Shown piece by piece: positions 27,152 through 37,820 of a DNA stretch of 64,000 bases (the stretch's first letter is position 1; every line of letters starts with the position of its first letter). A model generated the notes under the pieces. It was given only the letters and a program-made list of their open reading frames with translations, searched no databases and was not told the origin of the DNA. A program made the position numbers and the translations under genes. The DNA is from an uncultured delta proteobacterium (GTDB taxonomy: Bacteria > Desulfobacterota > Desulfomonilia > UBA1062), in contig CAWCTR010000024.1 of NCBI GenBank assembly GCA_963798485.1, positions 1 to 64,000 on the forward strand, in the 5' to 3' direction.

Positions 27152-28234
27152 TCATTTAGAACCTATCGTATTTTTGAAAAGATTAAGATACCGCCCATAA
27201 CCTTCTTTTGTAAGGTCTTCTGTTGGGATGAACAGCAGAGCAGCCGAATTCATGCAGTAACGCAGTCCTGTTGGTGCAGGACCATCCGTAAAGACATGGC
27301 CAAGGTGTGAGTCAGCAAGCTTACTCCTGACCTCCTTCACATCTATTCTCAGCATGTACGAGCTTCTATCCTGCTTCTCTACAATGTTTCCAGGTTCGAG
27401 CGGTTTTGTGAAGCTAGGCCATCCAGTACCGGAGTCATACTTGTCAAAAGAGCTGAATAGAGGCTCACCGGACACAATATCAACATAGATCCCCTCATGC
27501 TCGTTATTCCAGTACTCATTATCGAATGGTGTTTCCGTGCCCTGTTTCTGAGTCACAGCAAATTGCAGGGGTGTGAGTTTCTTTTTCAGTTCAACTATTG
27601 AAGGTTTTTTGTAATCCTTATCTGTATATCGTGGGAGCGCAACACTGTTTTTGTCTGTCCATATCTTTTTCAGATAATTATCACGTCCCGAGTTATAACC
27701 AAGGGGATTCTTCTTGAAATAATGCTGATGGTACTCTTCTGCGGGATAGAACTCTGTTGCTTTAGTAATTTCTGTCACAATAGGTCTATCAAACCTTCCT
27801 GATTCTTTAAGGGCCTGTTTTGACTGCTCGGCAAGCCGCTTTTGATTATCTGTATGATAGAAGATCTCAGTTCGATATTGTGAGCCCCTGTCAACCAACT
27901 GACCGCCACGATCTGTAGGGTCTACTTGCTTCCAGAAGACATCCAGGAGCTGTGGATAGGCAATCTGAGCAGGATCGTATGTCACCTGGATTGCTTCAGC
28001 ATGTCCCGACCTACCGGCTGATACTTCTTCATAGGTTGGGTTCTTAGTATGACCACCGGTGTATCCTGTTATCACTTCAATGACACCTGGGATATCTTCG
28101 AACGCAGCATCCATGCACCAGAAACAGCCGCCTGCAAAAGTGGCCACTTCATATTTTGTATCAGCCGAAAACCCAGTAGACAATGGTAAAACAAACAGTA
28201 TGGCTATCAATCCTTTCATGATTTTCCCGATCAT
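27152..28234 (-). CDS. msrAB: Exported bifunctional methionine sulfoxide reductase MsrAB (copy 2)
   Basis: Same motifs as copy 1 (AGGCFWC, YEEV, RYCMNS) and a near-identical signal peptide. Confidence 0.95.
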   Translation of the reverse strand: MIGKIMKGLIAILFVLPLSTGFSADTKYEVATFAGGCFWCMDAAFEDIPGVIEVITGYTGGHTKNPTYEEVSAGRSGHAEAIQVTYDPAQIAYPQLLDVFWKQVDPTDRGGQLVDRGSQYRTEIFYHTDNQKRLAEQSKQALKESGRFDRPIVTEITKATEFYPAEEYHQHYFKKNPLGYNSGRDNYLKKIWTDKNSVALPRYTDKDYKKPSIVELKKKLTPLQFAVTQKQGTETPFDNEYWNNEHEGIYVDIVSGEPLFSSFDKYDSGTGWPSFTKPLEPGNIVEKQDRSSYMLRIDVKEVRSKLADSHLGHVFTDGPAPTGLRYCMNSAALLFIPTEDLTKEGYGRYLNLFKNTIGSK

Positions 28235-28536
28235 CGTTTATTCCTCCTGAATCGTAGCTTACTCGTAGAGTTTTATAGTAGGGTTCCCATGCTCAAAAAG
28301 AAACCCATGCCTTTGCTGGTATAATGAAGACCATAATTGAGTATGTTAAGTTATCCGGTGAAATACATTCCCAGAACAGCCCGCGGGAAAAGAGGGAAGG
28401 TGTATCTATAGGTAGCTTCAAGAAACACAAAAGCAAATAACCAGCCCATGTCTGCAATTCCCACGATTGGGCTTATTAGGGAATTTTATGAGAAGGTATT
28501 ATCAATGTTTTACAAGCTTTCTATCTTTCACATTCA

Positions 28537-28560
28537 TAAAATTAGAATATTCTAATTTTA
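28537..28560. promoter_or_regulatory. Perfect 24-bp palindrome, candidate operator
   Basis: TAAAATTAGAATATTCTAATTTTA in the divergent intergenic region between msrAB copy 2 and the 28633 gene. Confidence 0.45.
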
Positions 28561-28632
28561 TTTTAATCATTGTTTAATCAACATCAGCGTATAGGAGAAC
28601 CATTAATAAATAATTTACAGGAGGATTGAACC

Positions 28633-29025
28633 ATGAAAAAAGTTATCAGCTTAATCGCAGTATTGGCACTGGTTTGCTTTACCACAATGGTCTTCGCAGC
28701 TGATGCAGCAAAGCCCGCTGCAGCAGCACCGATGGCAGCAGCACCTGCAAAGGCTGAAATGGCAAAAGCCGAGGTAGTCAAAGGCAAGATCACAAAGATA
28801 GACAAAGCCGCGAACACGATCGTTGTAAACAAAAAGACCATCACTGTAAAGGCAGAAGACATGGCCAACCTGAAGAAGGGCGAGATGGTTATGGTTACCC
28901 TGGCTGCCGGCACCATGAATGCTGACAAGGTCGAAATGATCAAGGCAAAGAAAGCTATGAAGAAGGCCGCTAAAAAGGAAATGAAGAAAGCAGAAGATAT
29001 GCCAGCAGCTAAACCTGCAGAATAA
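28633..29025 (+). CDS. Secreted Ala/Lys/Met-rich protein with a small OB-fold-like domain
   Basis: GGAGG RBS, signal peptide, VKGKITKID..NTIVV..LKKGEMVMV core between low-complexity tails. Confidence 0.7.
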   Translation: MKKVISLIAVLALVCFTTMVFAADAAKPAAAAPMAAAPAKAEMAKAEVVKGKITKIDKAANTIVVNKKTITVKAEDMANLKKGEMVMVTLAAGTMNADKVEMIKAKKAMKKAAKKEMKKAEDMPAAKPAE

Positions 29026-29047
29026 GATTAGTAAGGAAACATGGAGG

Positions 29048-29431
29048 GTGAAGAGATTTGCAATTTTAATCTGCACCTTCGGGGTTCTCCTCCTTTCCTG
29101 CAATGGACAGAACACAGATATGTCCCAGCAGAAAGGGGGAACCCATCATCCTGCATCTAAGAAAGTAACCATCCCATTAGAAGTGATGGGAAAGTTAGAT
29201 ATCATCCAACTCGCTGATCCTTCCTTAGCTCTAAGGCCGAAGATATTTCTCACTGGTGAAGAAGGAAAGAGATACATCTTCATTATAGGGACCACTACAA
29301 CAATTTATGGACCAGATTGGAAAGCAATATCACTTGATAAACTAACAGTTGGCCAGCAGGTGAGAGTGAATTATATTACCAACAAGGAAGGTTTCCAGGT
29401 AGCACAATCTGTTAAGCCTGTTCAATATTGA
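29048..29431 (+). CDS. Lipoprotein of unknown function (OB-fold-like)
   Basis: GGAGG RBS, GTG start, lipobox LLSC, ISLDKLTVGQQVRVNY motif. Confidence 0.7.
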   Translation: MKRFAILICTFGVLLLSCNGQNTDMSQQKGGTHHPASKKVTIPLEVMGKLDIIQLADPSLALRPKIFLTGEEGKRYIFIIGTTTTIYGPDWKAISLDKLTVGQQVRVNYITNKEGFQVAQSVKPVQY

Positions 29432-29792
29432 TCATGGGTACCACCAGCTGCACTTTAAGATACAGTGCCTTGCAATATAAGTTTTGAACCCTACTCATCG
29501 AGTTACAGCCTTCTCGAAACCGTGATGAGATCCAGGTTATCATTGATATGGCAAAACGATGATCTTGGTTAAAAATATTCGGTAATCATAAACTGGTGCT
29601 AATGATTATAATGTTATTTATGGGAAGAGCTATTCACTAATATTCTCAAATCTAAAATTTTAGTTATTCAATATCCCGCATAATTTCATCACGGCTGATG
29701 TTTATACGGTACTTAACAATTTGCAAAAGATATTCCTTGTTAAGGGATAAATCAAGTAGGGGCAATGACGCCAACTATCTGAGAGGGGTATC

Positions 29793-29834
29793 TTGACAAT
29801 CAAGAAGAGGTAATTATATTAATAATCATTCTTA
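29793..29834 (+). promoter_or_regulatory. perR promoter with adjacent Fur/PerR-type box
   Basis: TTGACA (29793)-16 bp-TATATT, immediately followed by AATAATCATTCTTA. Confidence 0.6.
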
Positions 29835-29866
29835 ATAAATAATTAACCTCAACAGTTAGGCCGTGC

Positions 29867-30328
29867 ATGATGAAGCACCAAGGAAAAATATCAGCGCCTA
29901 AGGAAAGAATGGCTCAAATGCTATCAAAGCTCAGGGGCCATGATTTCCGCATCACACCTCAGAGAATTGCCGTACTCACTATTCTGGCTGGAAGCAAGGA
30001 ACATCCCAGTGTAGAAGAGATCAACAAAGAGGTGAAGACTCATTTTCCAACTACGAGCCTGGCTACGGTATATAAAACTGTATCCCTGCTCAAGGAACTT
30101 AATGAGGTCTTGGAGCTCGGATTCCCGGATGGGAGCAATCGCTATGATGGCAACAAGCCTTATCCCCATCCCCATGTGATCTGCACGAAGTGCAAGAAGA
30201 TTATGGACCCTGAACTTATCCACCTTGGAGAAATCAGCGAGGAGATGAGCAAGAAGACCGGATACAAGATTTTCTCCCACCGGCTCGATTTCTTCGGCCT
30301 ATGCCCCGAGTGCCAGAGGAGCAAATGA
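29867..30328 (+). CDS. perR: Fur-family peroxide-stress repressor (PerR-like)
   Basis: RITPQR, HPSVEE, SLATVYK, RYDGN, HPHVICTKCKKIMD and GLCPEC motifs; directly upstream of catalase. Confidence 0.8.
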   Translation: MMKHQGKISAPKERMAQMLSKLRGHDFRITPQRIAVLTILAGSKEHPSVEEINKEVKTHFPTTSLATVYKTVSLLKELNEVLELGFPDGSNRYDGNKPYPHPHVICTKCKKIMDPELIHLGEISEEMSKKTGYKIFSHRLDFFGLCPECQRSK

Positions 30329-30426
30329 GGAAAATTATTATGAGTAAAAGGATAATGATTATTAAAAGATAAAGCTTAAGATAACTCGAAAGACCCCTGA
30401 GATATTTCCAGAAAGGAGGATGCAGA

Positions 30427-31896
30427 ATGAAAAAGAAAAAGGGAAACGAACTGACCACGGCTTTCGGAGCTCCTGTCGTGGATAACCAGAACACGATGAC
30501 TGCTGGACCCCACGGCCCGGCGTTGTTGCAGGATGTCTGGTTTCTGGAGAAACTTGCCCACTTTGACAGAGAGGTTATACCGGAACGACGCATGCATGCT
30601 AAGGGCTCTGGAGCCTACGGAACATTTACCGTCACCCATGATATAACCCGCTATACCAAGGCCAAAATATTCTCTAAGGTGGGCAAGAAGACGGATCTCT
30701 TTGTCCGCTTTTCCACTGTAGCTGGTGAGCGTGGTGCTGCAGACGCAGAGCGGGACATTCGTGGCTTTGCTATGAAATTCTATACTGAGGAAGGGAACTG
30801 GGATCTGGTAGGAAACAATACGCCGGTCTTCTTCCTACGTGACCCGCTCAAGTTCCCGGACCTGAACCACGCTGTCAAGCGTGACCCCCGCACCAATTTG
30901 CGCAGCGCTCGTAACAACTGGGATTTCTGGACCTCCTTGCCCGAAGCTCTGCACCAGGTCACCATTGTCATGAGTGATCGGGGCATTCCCTATTCCTACC
31001 GCCATATGCACGGTTTCGGAAGCCATACCTTCAGCATGATCAACGAAAAGAATAAACGCTACTGGGTGAAGTTTCACTTCGAGACACAGCAGGGCATCAA
31101 GAACCTGACCGATGAAGAGGCAACGGCAATCATCGCTAATGACCGAGAAAGCCATCAGCGTGACCTGTATGAGAGTATCGATAAGAATGACTTCCCACGC
31201 TGGATACTCAAGATCCAGGTCATGCCTGAAAAGGACGCTGCTAAATGTCTGTACAATCCCTTCGATCTCACCAAGGTCTGGTTCCACAAGGACTACCCCC
31301 TCATCGAAGTAGGTGTCATGGAACTGAACAGGAACCCGGAAAACTACTTTGCCGAGGTCGAACAGGCAGCATTCAATCCGGCCAACATCGTGCCCGGCAT
31401 GGGTTTCTCACCTGACAAGATGCTGCAGGGACGGCTGTTTTCCTACGGAGATGCCCAGCGTTACCGGCTTGGCGTGAACCACCACCTGATCCCTGTCAAT
31501 GCCCCCCGCTGTCCAGTTAACAGTTACCACCGTGACGGGACCATGCGTGTTGACGGCAATTATGGCAGTACTCTCGGCTATGAGCCCAACAGTTTCGGAG
31601 AGTGGCAGCAGCAGCCGGAATTCGCCGAACCATCACTAAGCCTGGAAGGGGCTGCTGATCACTGGAACCATAGGGAGGACGATGATTATTACACCCAGCC
31701 CGGTAAACTCTTCCGACTGATGAGCCCTAAACAGAAGAACGTCCTCTTTGCCAACACCGCCCGAGCCATGGGCGATGCTCCCAAAGAGGTCAAGGCACGA
31801 CACATCGGTAACTGTTTGAAAGCTGATCCGGCTTATGGAAAAGGGGTTGCTGAAGCACTAGGAATCCCGCTGAGCCAGGTACCGAAAATGAAATAA
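30427..31896 (+). CDS. katA: Monofunctional heme catalase (small subunit)
   Basis: [24 protein letters not shown] and RLFSYGDAQ signatures. Confidence 0.95.
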   Translation: MKKKKGNELTTAFGAPVVDNQNTMTAGPHGPALLQDVWFLEKLAHFDREVIPERRMHAKGSGAYGTFTVTHDITRYTKAKIFSKVGKKTDLFVRFSTVAGERGAADAERDIRGFAMKFYTEEGNWDLVGNNTPVFFLRDPLKFPDLNHAVKRDPRTNLRSARNNWDFWTSLPEALHQVTIVMSDRGIPYSYRHMHGFGSHTFSMINEKNKRYWVKFHFETQQGIKNLTDEEATAIIANDRESHQRDLYESIDKNDFPRWILKIQVMPEKDAAKCLYNPFDLTKVWFHKDYPLIEVGVMELNRNPENYFAEVEQAAFNPANIVPGMGFSPDKMLQGRLFSYGDAQRYRLGVNHHLIPVNAPRCPVNSYHRDGTMRVDGNYGSTLGYEPNSFGEWQQQPEFAEPSLSLEGAADHWNHREDDDYYTQPGKLFRLMSPKQKNVLFANTARAMGDAPKEVKARHIGNCLKADPAYGKGVAEALGIPLSQVPKMK

Positions 31897-31922
31897 GACA
31901 ATCAGCTGACAAGTGGATACAG

Positions 31923-31954
31923 GCGGTAGCGGGCTGTTGCCCGCACCGCTTATT
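31923..31954 (+). terminator. GC-rich hairpin after katA
   Basis: GCGGT(A)GCGGGC-TGTT-GCCCGCACCGC followed by TTATT, between convergent genes. Confidence 0.55.
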
Positions 31955-32007
31955 CACCTCTCAAGATAGGTTTTTAAATAGTACCAGGGACCGTTCCCAC
32001 CATTTTG

Positions 32008-32874
32008 TTAATTCATGTTTTCGAGAACTCTCCGGACTTCCACGATCCTGGGAAAGTAGTGCTCCGACTCAAGGTCTTCGACTGTGATCACATGGGTACG
32101 TGAATTACATGAAGCATGGATAAATTGACCATTCCCGACATAGAGCCCAACATGGTTGACACGGTAGTGGTCCCTGATCCTGTGGTGCATTTTGAAGAAG
32201 ATGAGGTCCCCTGGTCTCAGATCAGACAGACGGACTGATTCCCCCTCCTGTGCCTGTACTCGCGATGACCTGCCTAATGGTATACCATTCTCATTGAACA
32301 CATACTTGACGAACCCGGAACAATCAAACCCACTCGGCGTTGTTCCTCCCCAACGGTATGGAGTTCCAAGATAGTTGTATGCCGACTCAAGGATCTTGAC
32401 GGTCCGTTCGTCCAGTTGCCCATCATACATAACCTTTTTGTATAGATCAGGAGAATCTTTTGCCAGCCAAAGGTCTGAAGGCGGCATAGTTGGAAGCTCG
32501 TAGTCTAGGGCTGCTTTTATATCGGTGTGTGAAATTGATGACTGGGTATAATTGTGCTTATGTGCTTTGGCCTTTTTCGTATGCTTTGCGTGTATGGTTT
32601 TCTTATGGTTCTTATTGCCGTCACCTGCTGATGCATGCTTGGCCTTAGCCTTTTTCTTTGAAGCATTCGTTTTCTTGCTTGAGAGTCTGGCCTGCACGTT
32701 GTTTGCTATCTTCTTAGGGTGCTTGTGATTCTTTGCAGCTACAGATTTTACCTCCTTCTTGCTGGTTGTTTGTGCTTGAGCAACCTGCCCCAAATCTGCC
32801 AACATAAACCCAAGGGCCAATGCACATATAACTGGACCTAGAATGAATCTCCTCATAATGACAAACTCCCTCAA
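32008..32874 (-). CDS. NlpC/P60 (C40) peptidoglycan endopeptidase with Lys/His-rich N-terminal region
   Basis: LGTPYRWGG, GFDCSGF, PGDLIFF, HVGLYVG and FIHA motifs; signal peptide. Confidence 0.9.
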   Translation of the reverse strand: MREFVIMRRFILGPVICALALGFMLADLGQVAQAQTTSKKEVKSVAAKNHKHPKKIANNVQARLSSKKTNASKKKAKAKHASAGDGNKNHKKTIHAKHTKKAKAHKHNYTQSSISHTDIKAALDYELPTMPPSDLWLAKDSPDLYKKVMYDGQLDERTVKILESAYNYLGTPYRWGGTTPSGFDCSGFVKYVFNENGIPLGRSSRVQAQEGESVRLSDLRPGDLIFFKMHHRIRDHYRVNHVGLYVGNGQFIHASCNSRTHVITVEDLESEHYFPRIVEVRRVLENMN

Positions 32875-33067
32875 TCACAGTTTAACATCCATTTATTCGG
32901 GCCAAGATATTAGGCCACCATCTGGGAATTCATTTATACCTGCCCGGTGGGAGATATGTCAAGATAACGAAAATGCATTGAGGACTACTCTTTGATAAAA
33001 TAAAACATTTTTACCTTCAAGATAATATGAAATAATAACAATAATATTCGGGATATTACCTGCCTGT

Positions 33068-33940
33068 TCAATAACCCATGGCATGCAACAACAGCACAAC
33101 GGCGGAGGCGAATAGACAGTAGTAGCCGAAGTAATGCCATTTTCCTCTCTCAAGCCAGCGAGACAGCCAACGTAATGCCAGGAGACCTGCAAGGAAACTA
33201 CAGACCAAACCAAACAAACCAGGTAAGATGAGATCCATCAGCGGGGAAGTTGCGGAAACTGCTTGAACCGGATGTGATTTAACCAGCCTCATGGCTTCGT
33301 GTACAAGCACAGGAGGTGTGAGAATAACAGCAAGGGCAAAGCTAAATTCCTCAACTGGCCGTTTCGATACGCCTGTCAACAACCCAGATGAAATTGTAGC
33401 ACCCGAGCGTGAAAATCCACGGAACGGCAGACACATACCCTGTATCATACCTATCCAGAATGCATTTTTTATTTGGACCGGGGTTTCCTGATCATTCATA
33501 ACCCTGTGGTACCGTAGCCCCGAGTACACGATTAAAATTCCAGCGGCAGCCAGTGCGATAGCAATAAGCGGGAGATTCCCGAACAGCTGCTCAATCTCAG
33601 CCTTAGGAGCATTACCGAATGCATATCGCTCAATGGCAGTCTTGATAGTTATCCCCACAATACCGGTCATCATGGTTGCGAGAAAGAGCAGCCTTGCACT
33701 GAGCAATGTCTCTCTCCATGAAAAAAAGTAGGTTTGCTTCCAAGATTTCCAGAAATAGACAATAACTGCCAACATCGTGCCTGTATGCAACATCACCAGA
33801 ACAAGAGTCATTTCCGGTGTAGTAGGATCTAACCCGAGGAGCTTCTCTGCAATGATGACATGGGCAGAACTAGATATGGGGAGCAGTTCTGCCAGACCTT
33901 GGATGATTGCCAAAATCACAACTACAAAAATAAAATTCAA
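33068..33940 (-). CDS. uppP: Undecaprenyl-diphosphate phosphatase (UppP/BacA family)
   Basis: IQGLAELLPISSSAH, GFSRSGATI and FGYYC motifs. Confidence 0.9.
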   Translation of the reverse strand: MNFIFVVVILAIIQGLAELLPISSSAHVIIAEKLLGLDPTTPEMTLVLVMLHTGTMLAVIVYFWKSWKQTYFFSWRETLLSARLLFLATMMTGIVGITIKTAIERYAFGNAPKAEIEQLFGNLPLIAIALAAAGILIVYSGLRYHRVMNDQETPVQIKNAFWIGMIQGMCLPFRGFSRSGATISSGLLTGVSKRPVEEFSFALAVILTPPVLVHEAMRLVKSHPVQAVSATSPLMDLILPGLFGLVCSFLAGLLALRWLSRWLERGKWHYFGYYCLFASAVVLLLHAMGY

Positions 33941-34053
33941 GGTTAACCCTCCATTGGCCGAGATCGGTTCTATATCATTATCTACACAGGGTAAAGGAAA
34001 TATAAAAATCTATATCCGAGTATAGACAGATCTCTTGCATTGATTTCCACTTC

Positions 34054-34923
34054 ATGCTTAAGGATCGATCCATGAACAGACAGAAACTGCTAACCTATAT
34101 TATTCCGGCCTTGGTGATTGTGATATTGCTTTGCCTTACTGGGATATGGACTCCAGCATACGCAGCAGACCAGAAAGTATTCGTTCTCTGTTATCATTCT
34201 TTCCTCGGGAACAAGAAATTTGCAGGCGATATTTCCTTGCAGGAACTCCGCTCTCAAATGGATTACTTCCAGAGCAAGGGGTTCCATTTCATATCATACA
34301 CAGACCTCCTCAATAGCAAGGTCACAGGGACACAGAACCTGCTTCTCGTTATTGACGATGGGAATCAGAGTGTCTACCAAGCATATCAGGAGATTCTCAA
34401 GCCCCGGCATATCAAGCCCATTCTGGCTATTTATCCATCCATTATCGGGAAAAAATCCTTTGCCCTTACCTGGGATCAATTGAAGGAACTCTCAAAAGAT
34501 GGATGTGATATCGCTGCGCATGGGTACTACCATGAGCTCATGAGCCAGAAATTCTATGACAAAAATAAGAAAGGGTTTCTCAGGGAGATCTATGATTCTA
34601 AAGAGACCCTGGAGAAAAACCTAAATAAGAAGATCACAGTCTTTGTATATCCGAACGGAGTGCGAGCCGACATTACGAAAAAGACTCTCAAAGAAGCCGG
34701 ATACTCTTACGCCTTTACTATCAACTGGGGACCTGTGCTCTCTCCTTTGAGACTGAACAAAGATCCCTATGAGCTTTCCCGCTATATGATCTGGAGAGAC
34801 CACGAGAAAGAAAACTGGCGCATGATCTCAGGTGCAATCCTCAAGGCCTCTACCAATGTGGACTCTCCCAAAGTAGCTATTTCAAGAGTGCAGGCAACCC
34901 CCATGGGACCCCGGCTCAATTAG
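34054..34923 (+). CDS. Polysaccharide deacetylase (CE4, IcaB/PgaB-like)
   Basis: VLCYH, IDDG, AAHGYYH and VYPNG motifs; signal peptide. Confidence 0.85.
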   Translation: MLKDRSMNRQKLLTYIIPALVIVILLCLTGIWTPAYAADQKVFVLCYHSFLGNKKFAGDISLQELRSQMDYFQSKGFHFISYTDLLNSKVTGTQNLLLVIDDGNQSVYQAYQEILKPRHIKPILAIYPSIIGKKSFALTWDQLKELSKDGCDIAAHGYYHELMSQKFYDKNKKGFLREIYDSKETLEKNLNKKITVFVYPNGVRADITKKTLKEAGYSYAFTINWGPVLSPLRLNKDPYELSRYMIWRDHEKENWRMISGAILKASTNVDSPKVAISRVQATPMGPRLN

Positions 34924-34969
34924 GGCTCCCTCCTCTCGGATAGGCAATAAGAGTATTTTACAAGGGGCA

Positions 34970-36433
34970 TTGATAAACACCATGAATATGTATAAAGCCA
35001 GAATCATACCCGTAATCATTACAATAGGCATACTTCTTTTACTCCCCGACATTCAGAAAGCTGTTTTTGCCGCCACATCGGGTGCAAAAGAAAAATATCG
35101 GGAAGCTAATGCGGCATACATTGAGCTATCACGAGATGCAAGCCTCCGGAAGGACAAAGCCAACTGGCTGAAGGTGGTGCAAAAATTTGATGATGTTGCA
35201 ACAGGATACCCTGAATCGTCTTTTGCCCCGAAAGCTTTGTATATGGAGGGCAAGCTCTACGAGCAGATCTATGGCTACTTCTCGAAAAAACATGATCTTA
35301 AGAGTGCCCTCGAAGCATATGAAACAATTATCAGAAAATATCCGGATTCTACGATTGCAGCAGATGCCCTTTTCAAGGAGGCAAAAGTTTACGAGGTCAG
35401 GTTAGGAGAGAAAAAGAAGGCCATCGAACTATATCATGAGATCGTGAAGAAGTATCCAACAGGGGATATTCCCTTGAAGGCGAGAGAGGCTCTTAACAGC
35501 CTCAGTAAAAACAAGAACGGGGGTGAAGAGAAGGCTCCCAATGTAGAAGATCAGGAAGGCAACGATCTCAAGCACAAGGAGACAAAACAACCTGATAAAA
35601 CCCTTGACCAAAATGAGGATGCGATCACTAAGGTGAAGGATGATACACTTTCACAAGGAACGAATGATCAGTCTTCCACAACAAAACGACTCTCTCACAA
35701 AATATCAAAGATCGTCATTGATCCAGGCCATGGAGGGAGGGACCCCGGAGCACTAGGACCACATGGTGAGAAGGAAAAAGATATCACCTTGGAGGTTGGT
35801 AAAAAGCTTGCAAAACTTCTGTCAGAAGAAGGCTTCGAAGTCTTCCTCACCAGGGACGAAGATGTATTTATCCCTCTTGAGGAAAGAACAGCCTTTGCAA
35901 ACAAGAAGAAAGCGGATCTCTTTATTGCCATCCATGTGAACTCAAACCCTGATAAATCTTTGAATGGGGTTGAGACCTACTTTCTCAATATGACAAAAGA
36001 TGACTATGCCATTAAAGTTGCTGCAACAGAAAATGAAACAACAACCAAATCGTTGAGTGATCTCCAGTTCATCATCAACGACCTTATGCTTAACAGCAAA
36101 ATAAATGAATCATCCAAGTTTGCCACATACGTTCAGAACTCCATTATCTCATCTAACAAGGAATCCAACCATACTTGCCAAAACCATAGTGTCAAACAGG
36201 CCCTTTTCTATGTCCTGGTAGGTGCGCAAATGCCGGCTATCCTGATCGAGACCGGGTTCATCAGCAATCCTAGCGAATGTAAACTCCTGCAGAAAGAATC
36301 TTACCAGAACAGCATTATTGACGGTATCATCAATGGCGTAAATGCATACGCCAATAATGGTACTGACGCGGGAGTGAATGCAGTCAGAAGTAACCACCCG
36401 AACCTAAAAAAGAAAGGGTCGGCCAACGAATGA
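34970..36433 (+). CDS. N-acetylmuramoyl-L-alanine amidase with N-terminal TPR region
   Basis: TPR-like repeats, then IDPGHGGRDPGA, EKDITL, FIAIHVN and LIETGFISN; start may be ATG 34982. Confidence 0.9.
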   Translation: MINTMNMYKARIIPVIITIGILLLLPDIQKAVFAATSGAKEKYREANAAYIELSRDASLRKDKANWLKVVQKFDDVATGYPESSFAPKALYMEGKLYEQIYGYFSKKHDLKSALEAYETIIRKYPDSTIAADALFKEAKVYEVRLGEKKKAIELYHEIVKKYPTGDIPLKAREALNSLSKNKNGGEEKAPNVEDQEGNDLKHKETKQPDKTLDQNEDAITKVKDDTLSQGTNDQSSTTKRLSHKISKIVIDPGHGGRDPGALGPHGEKEKDITLEVGKKLAKLLSEEGFEVFLTRDEDVFIPLEERTAFANKKKADLFIAIHVNSNPDKSLNGVETYFLNMTKDDYAIKVAATENETTTKSLSDLQFIINDLMLNSKINESSKFATYVQNSIISSNKESNHTCQNHSVKQALFYVLVGAQMPAILIETGFISNPSECKLLQKESYQNSIIDGIINGVNAYANNGTDAGVNAVRSNHPNLKKKGSANE

Positions 36434-37530
36434 GAAAGAGAAGGAAAAAGATCAAGGTTAATCATGCTACTCTCCTTGCTATATTTGCAATCATACTGGT
36501 CCTTGTGGGGGCAGTCATATATCTGGAAAAGGGTACCCATAGAAGGGAAGCACAAATAGTACCTTCGGTTCCTCAGAAGCTGGTGGGAACAGAATTGATC
36601 ATCAAAGGCTGTCTGTTCGATCTCGGAATTCATAAAGATCAGACAACAATACGCAATCACACAATCAAGGTGGAGTCCCGTGAAAACTTTACCCGTGATC
36701 AGTTGTCATCCGCATTCAAACCAGTCGAGAAATACGGCAGAATTGATATCAAAGATATCGGGCATACGACAATTGAAGTTAGTGGCGAGATCTGGGTGAT
36801 CGAATTCATTTACCCGAAAAAGGAAGTAGCAGCTGTGATTCCTCCCAAGCCTGTCATTCCTACTCTTCCAGGAGTTCGTATGGCCATCATCGTGGACGAT
36901 ATGGGCACTGATATGAAACCTGCAGAACAGCTCTCTTCCATTGATGGTGATCTTACTTTTTCTGTCATGCCTTTGCGCCCGCACTCACAAGAGGTTGCAC
37001 AATATCTCCATACAAAGGGCCATGAGGTCATGTTACATCTACCTATGCAAGGTGCTGCCGGTCATGACCCCGGTGAGGGAGCGATCTTCAAGGGCATGGC
37101 CCCTGATCAGATCCGGACCATACTGTTGGGTGATATCAGGGCTGTGCCATATATATCTGGTGTGAACAATCATATGGGCTCCGAAGTGACTCAGGATAGG
37201 GAGATCATGATGCTTGTTGAAACAGAGCTAAAAAATAAGAAACTCTTCTATATCGATAGCCTTACTTCAGGTAAATCAGTGGGATTTAAGGTTGCCCAGG
37301 AGATTGGCCTTCCATGGAATGAACGTGATGTGTTCCTTGATGATGAGCTGAATGAAGCCTACATCCTTGGCCAGCTTAAAGAGCTGAAAAGAAAAGCTGT
37401 AAAACATTCAAGCGCTATTGGCATCTGCCATCCGCACCCTGAGACCATAGCAGTTTTACAGAGGGAGGTGCCCAAGCTCAAAGATGAAGGGATAACACTC
37501 GAACGTGTTTCAAAACTTATTCACGAATGA
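36430..37530 (+). CDS. Divergent polysaccharide deacetylase (YibQ-like)
   Basis: AIIVDDMG, LHLPMQ, NNHMGS, RDVFLD and IGICHP motifs; N-terminal TM. Confidence 0.85.
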   Translation: MRKRRKKIKVNHATLLAIFAIILVLVGAVIYLEKGTHRREAQIVPSVPQKLVGTELIIKGCLFDLGIHKDQTTIRNHTIKVESRENFTRDQLSSAFKPVEKYGRIDIKDIGHTTIEVSGEIWVIEFIYPKKEVAAVIPPKPVIPTLPGVRMAIIVDDMGTDMKPAEQLSSIDGDLTFSVMPLRPHSQEVAQYLHTKGHEVMLHLPMQGAAGHDPGEGAIFKGMAPDQIRTILLGDIRAVPYISGVNNHMGSEVTQDREIMMLVETELKNKKLFYIDSLTSGKSVGFKVAQEIGLPWNERDVFLDDELNEAYILGQLKELKRKAVKHSSAIGICHPHPETIAVLQREVPKLKDEGITLERVSKLIHE

Positions 37531-37820
37531 TCATTAGGGATACAGTACTCGTGTGCCTTATTCGCATATTCTTGTTTCATAAGAATCTCAAATAACAGAA
37601 AATACTCATCATCCAGAGTCTTTGTAAACTAATCCTATGCTTCAGACGTCTTACCCAATATTACAGATTTTTAAGGGCATATATGAAACTAAAACACTTC
37701 TCAATCGTAATCAGTCTTTCATTGCTCAAGCAGCTCTGTGGGTTAACCGATATGAGAACCATCAATGAATAACCATAATGAACCAGAAATGAGAATATTC
37801 CGTAGCAGGAGGATATCAGC

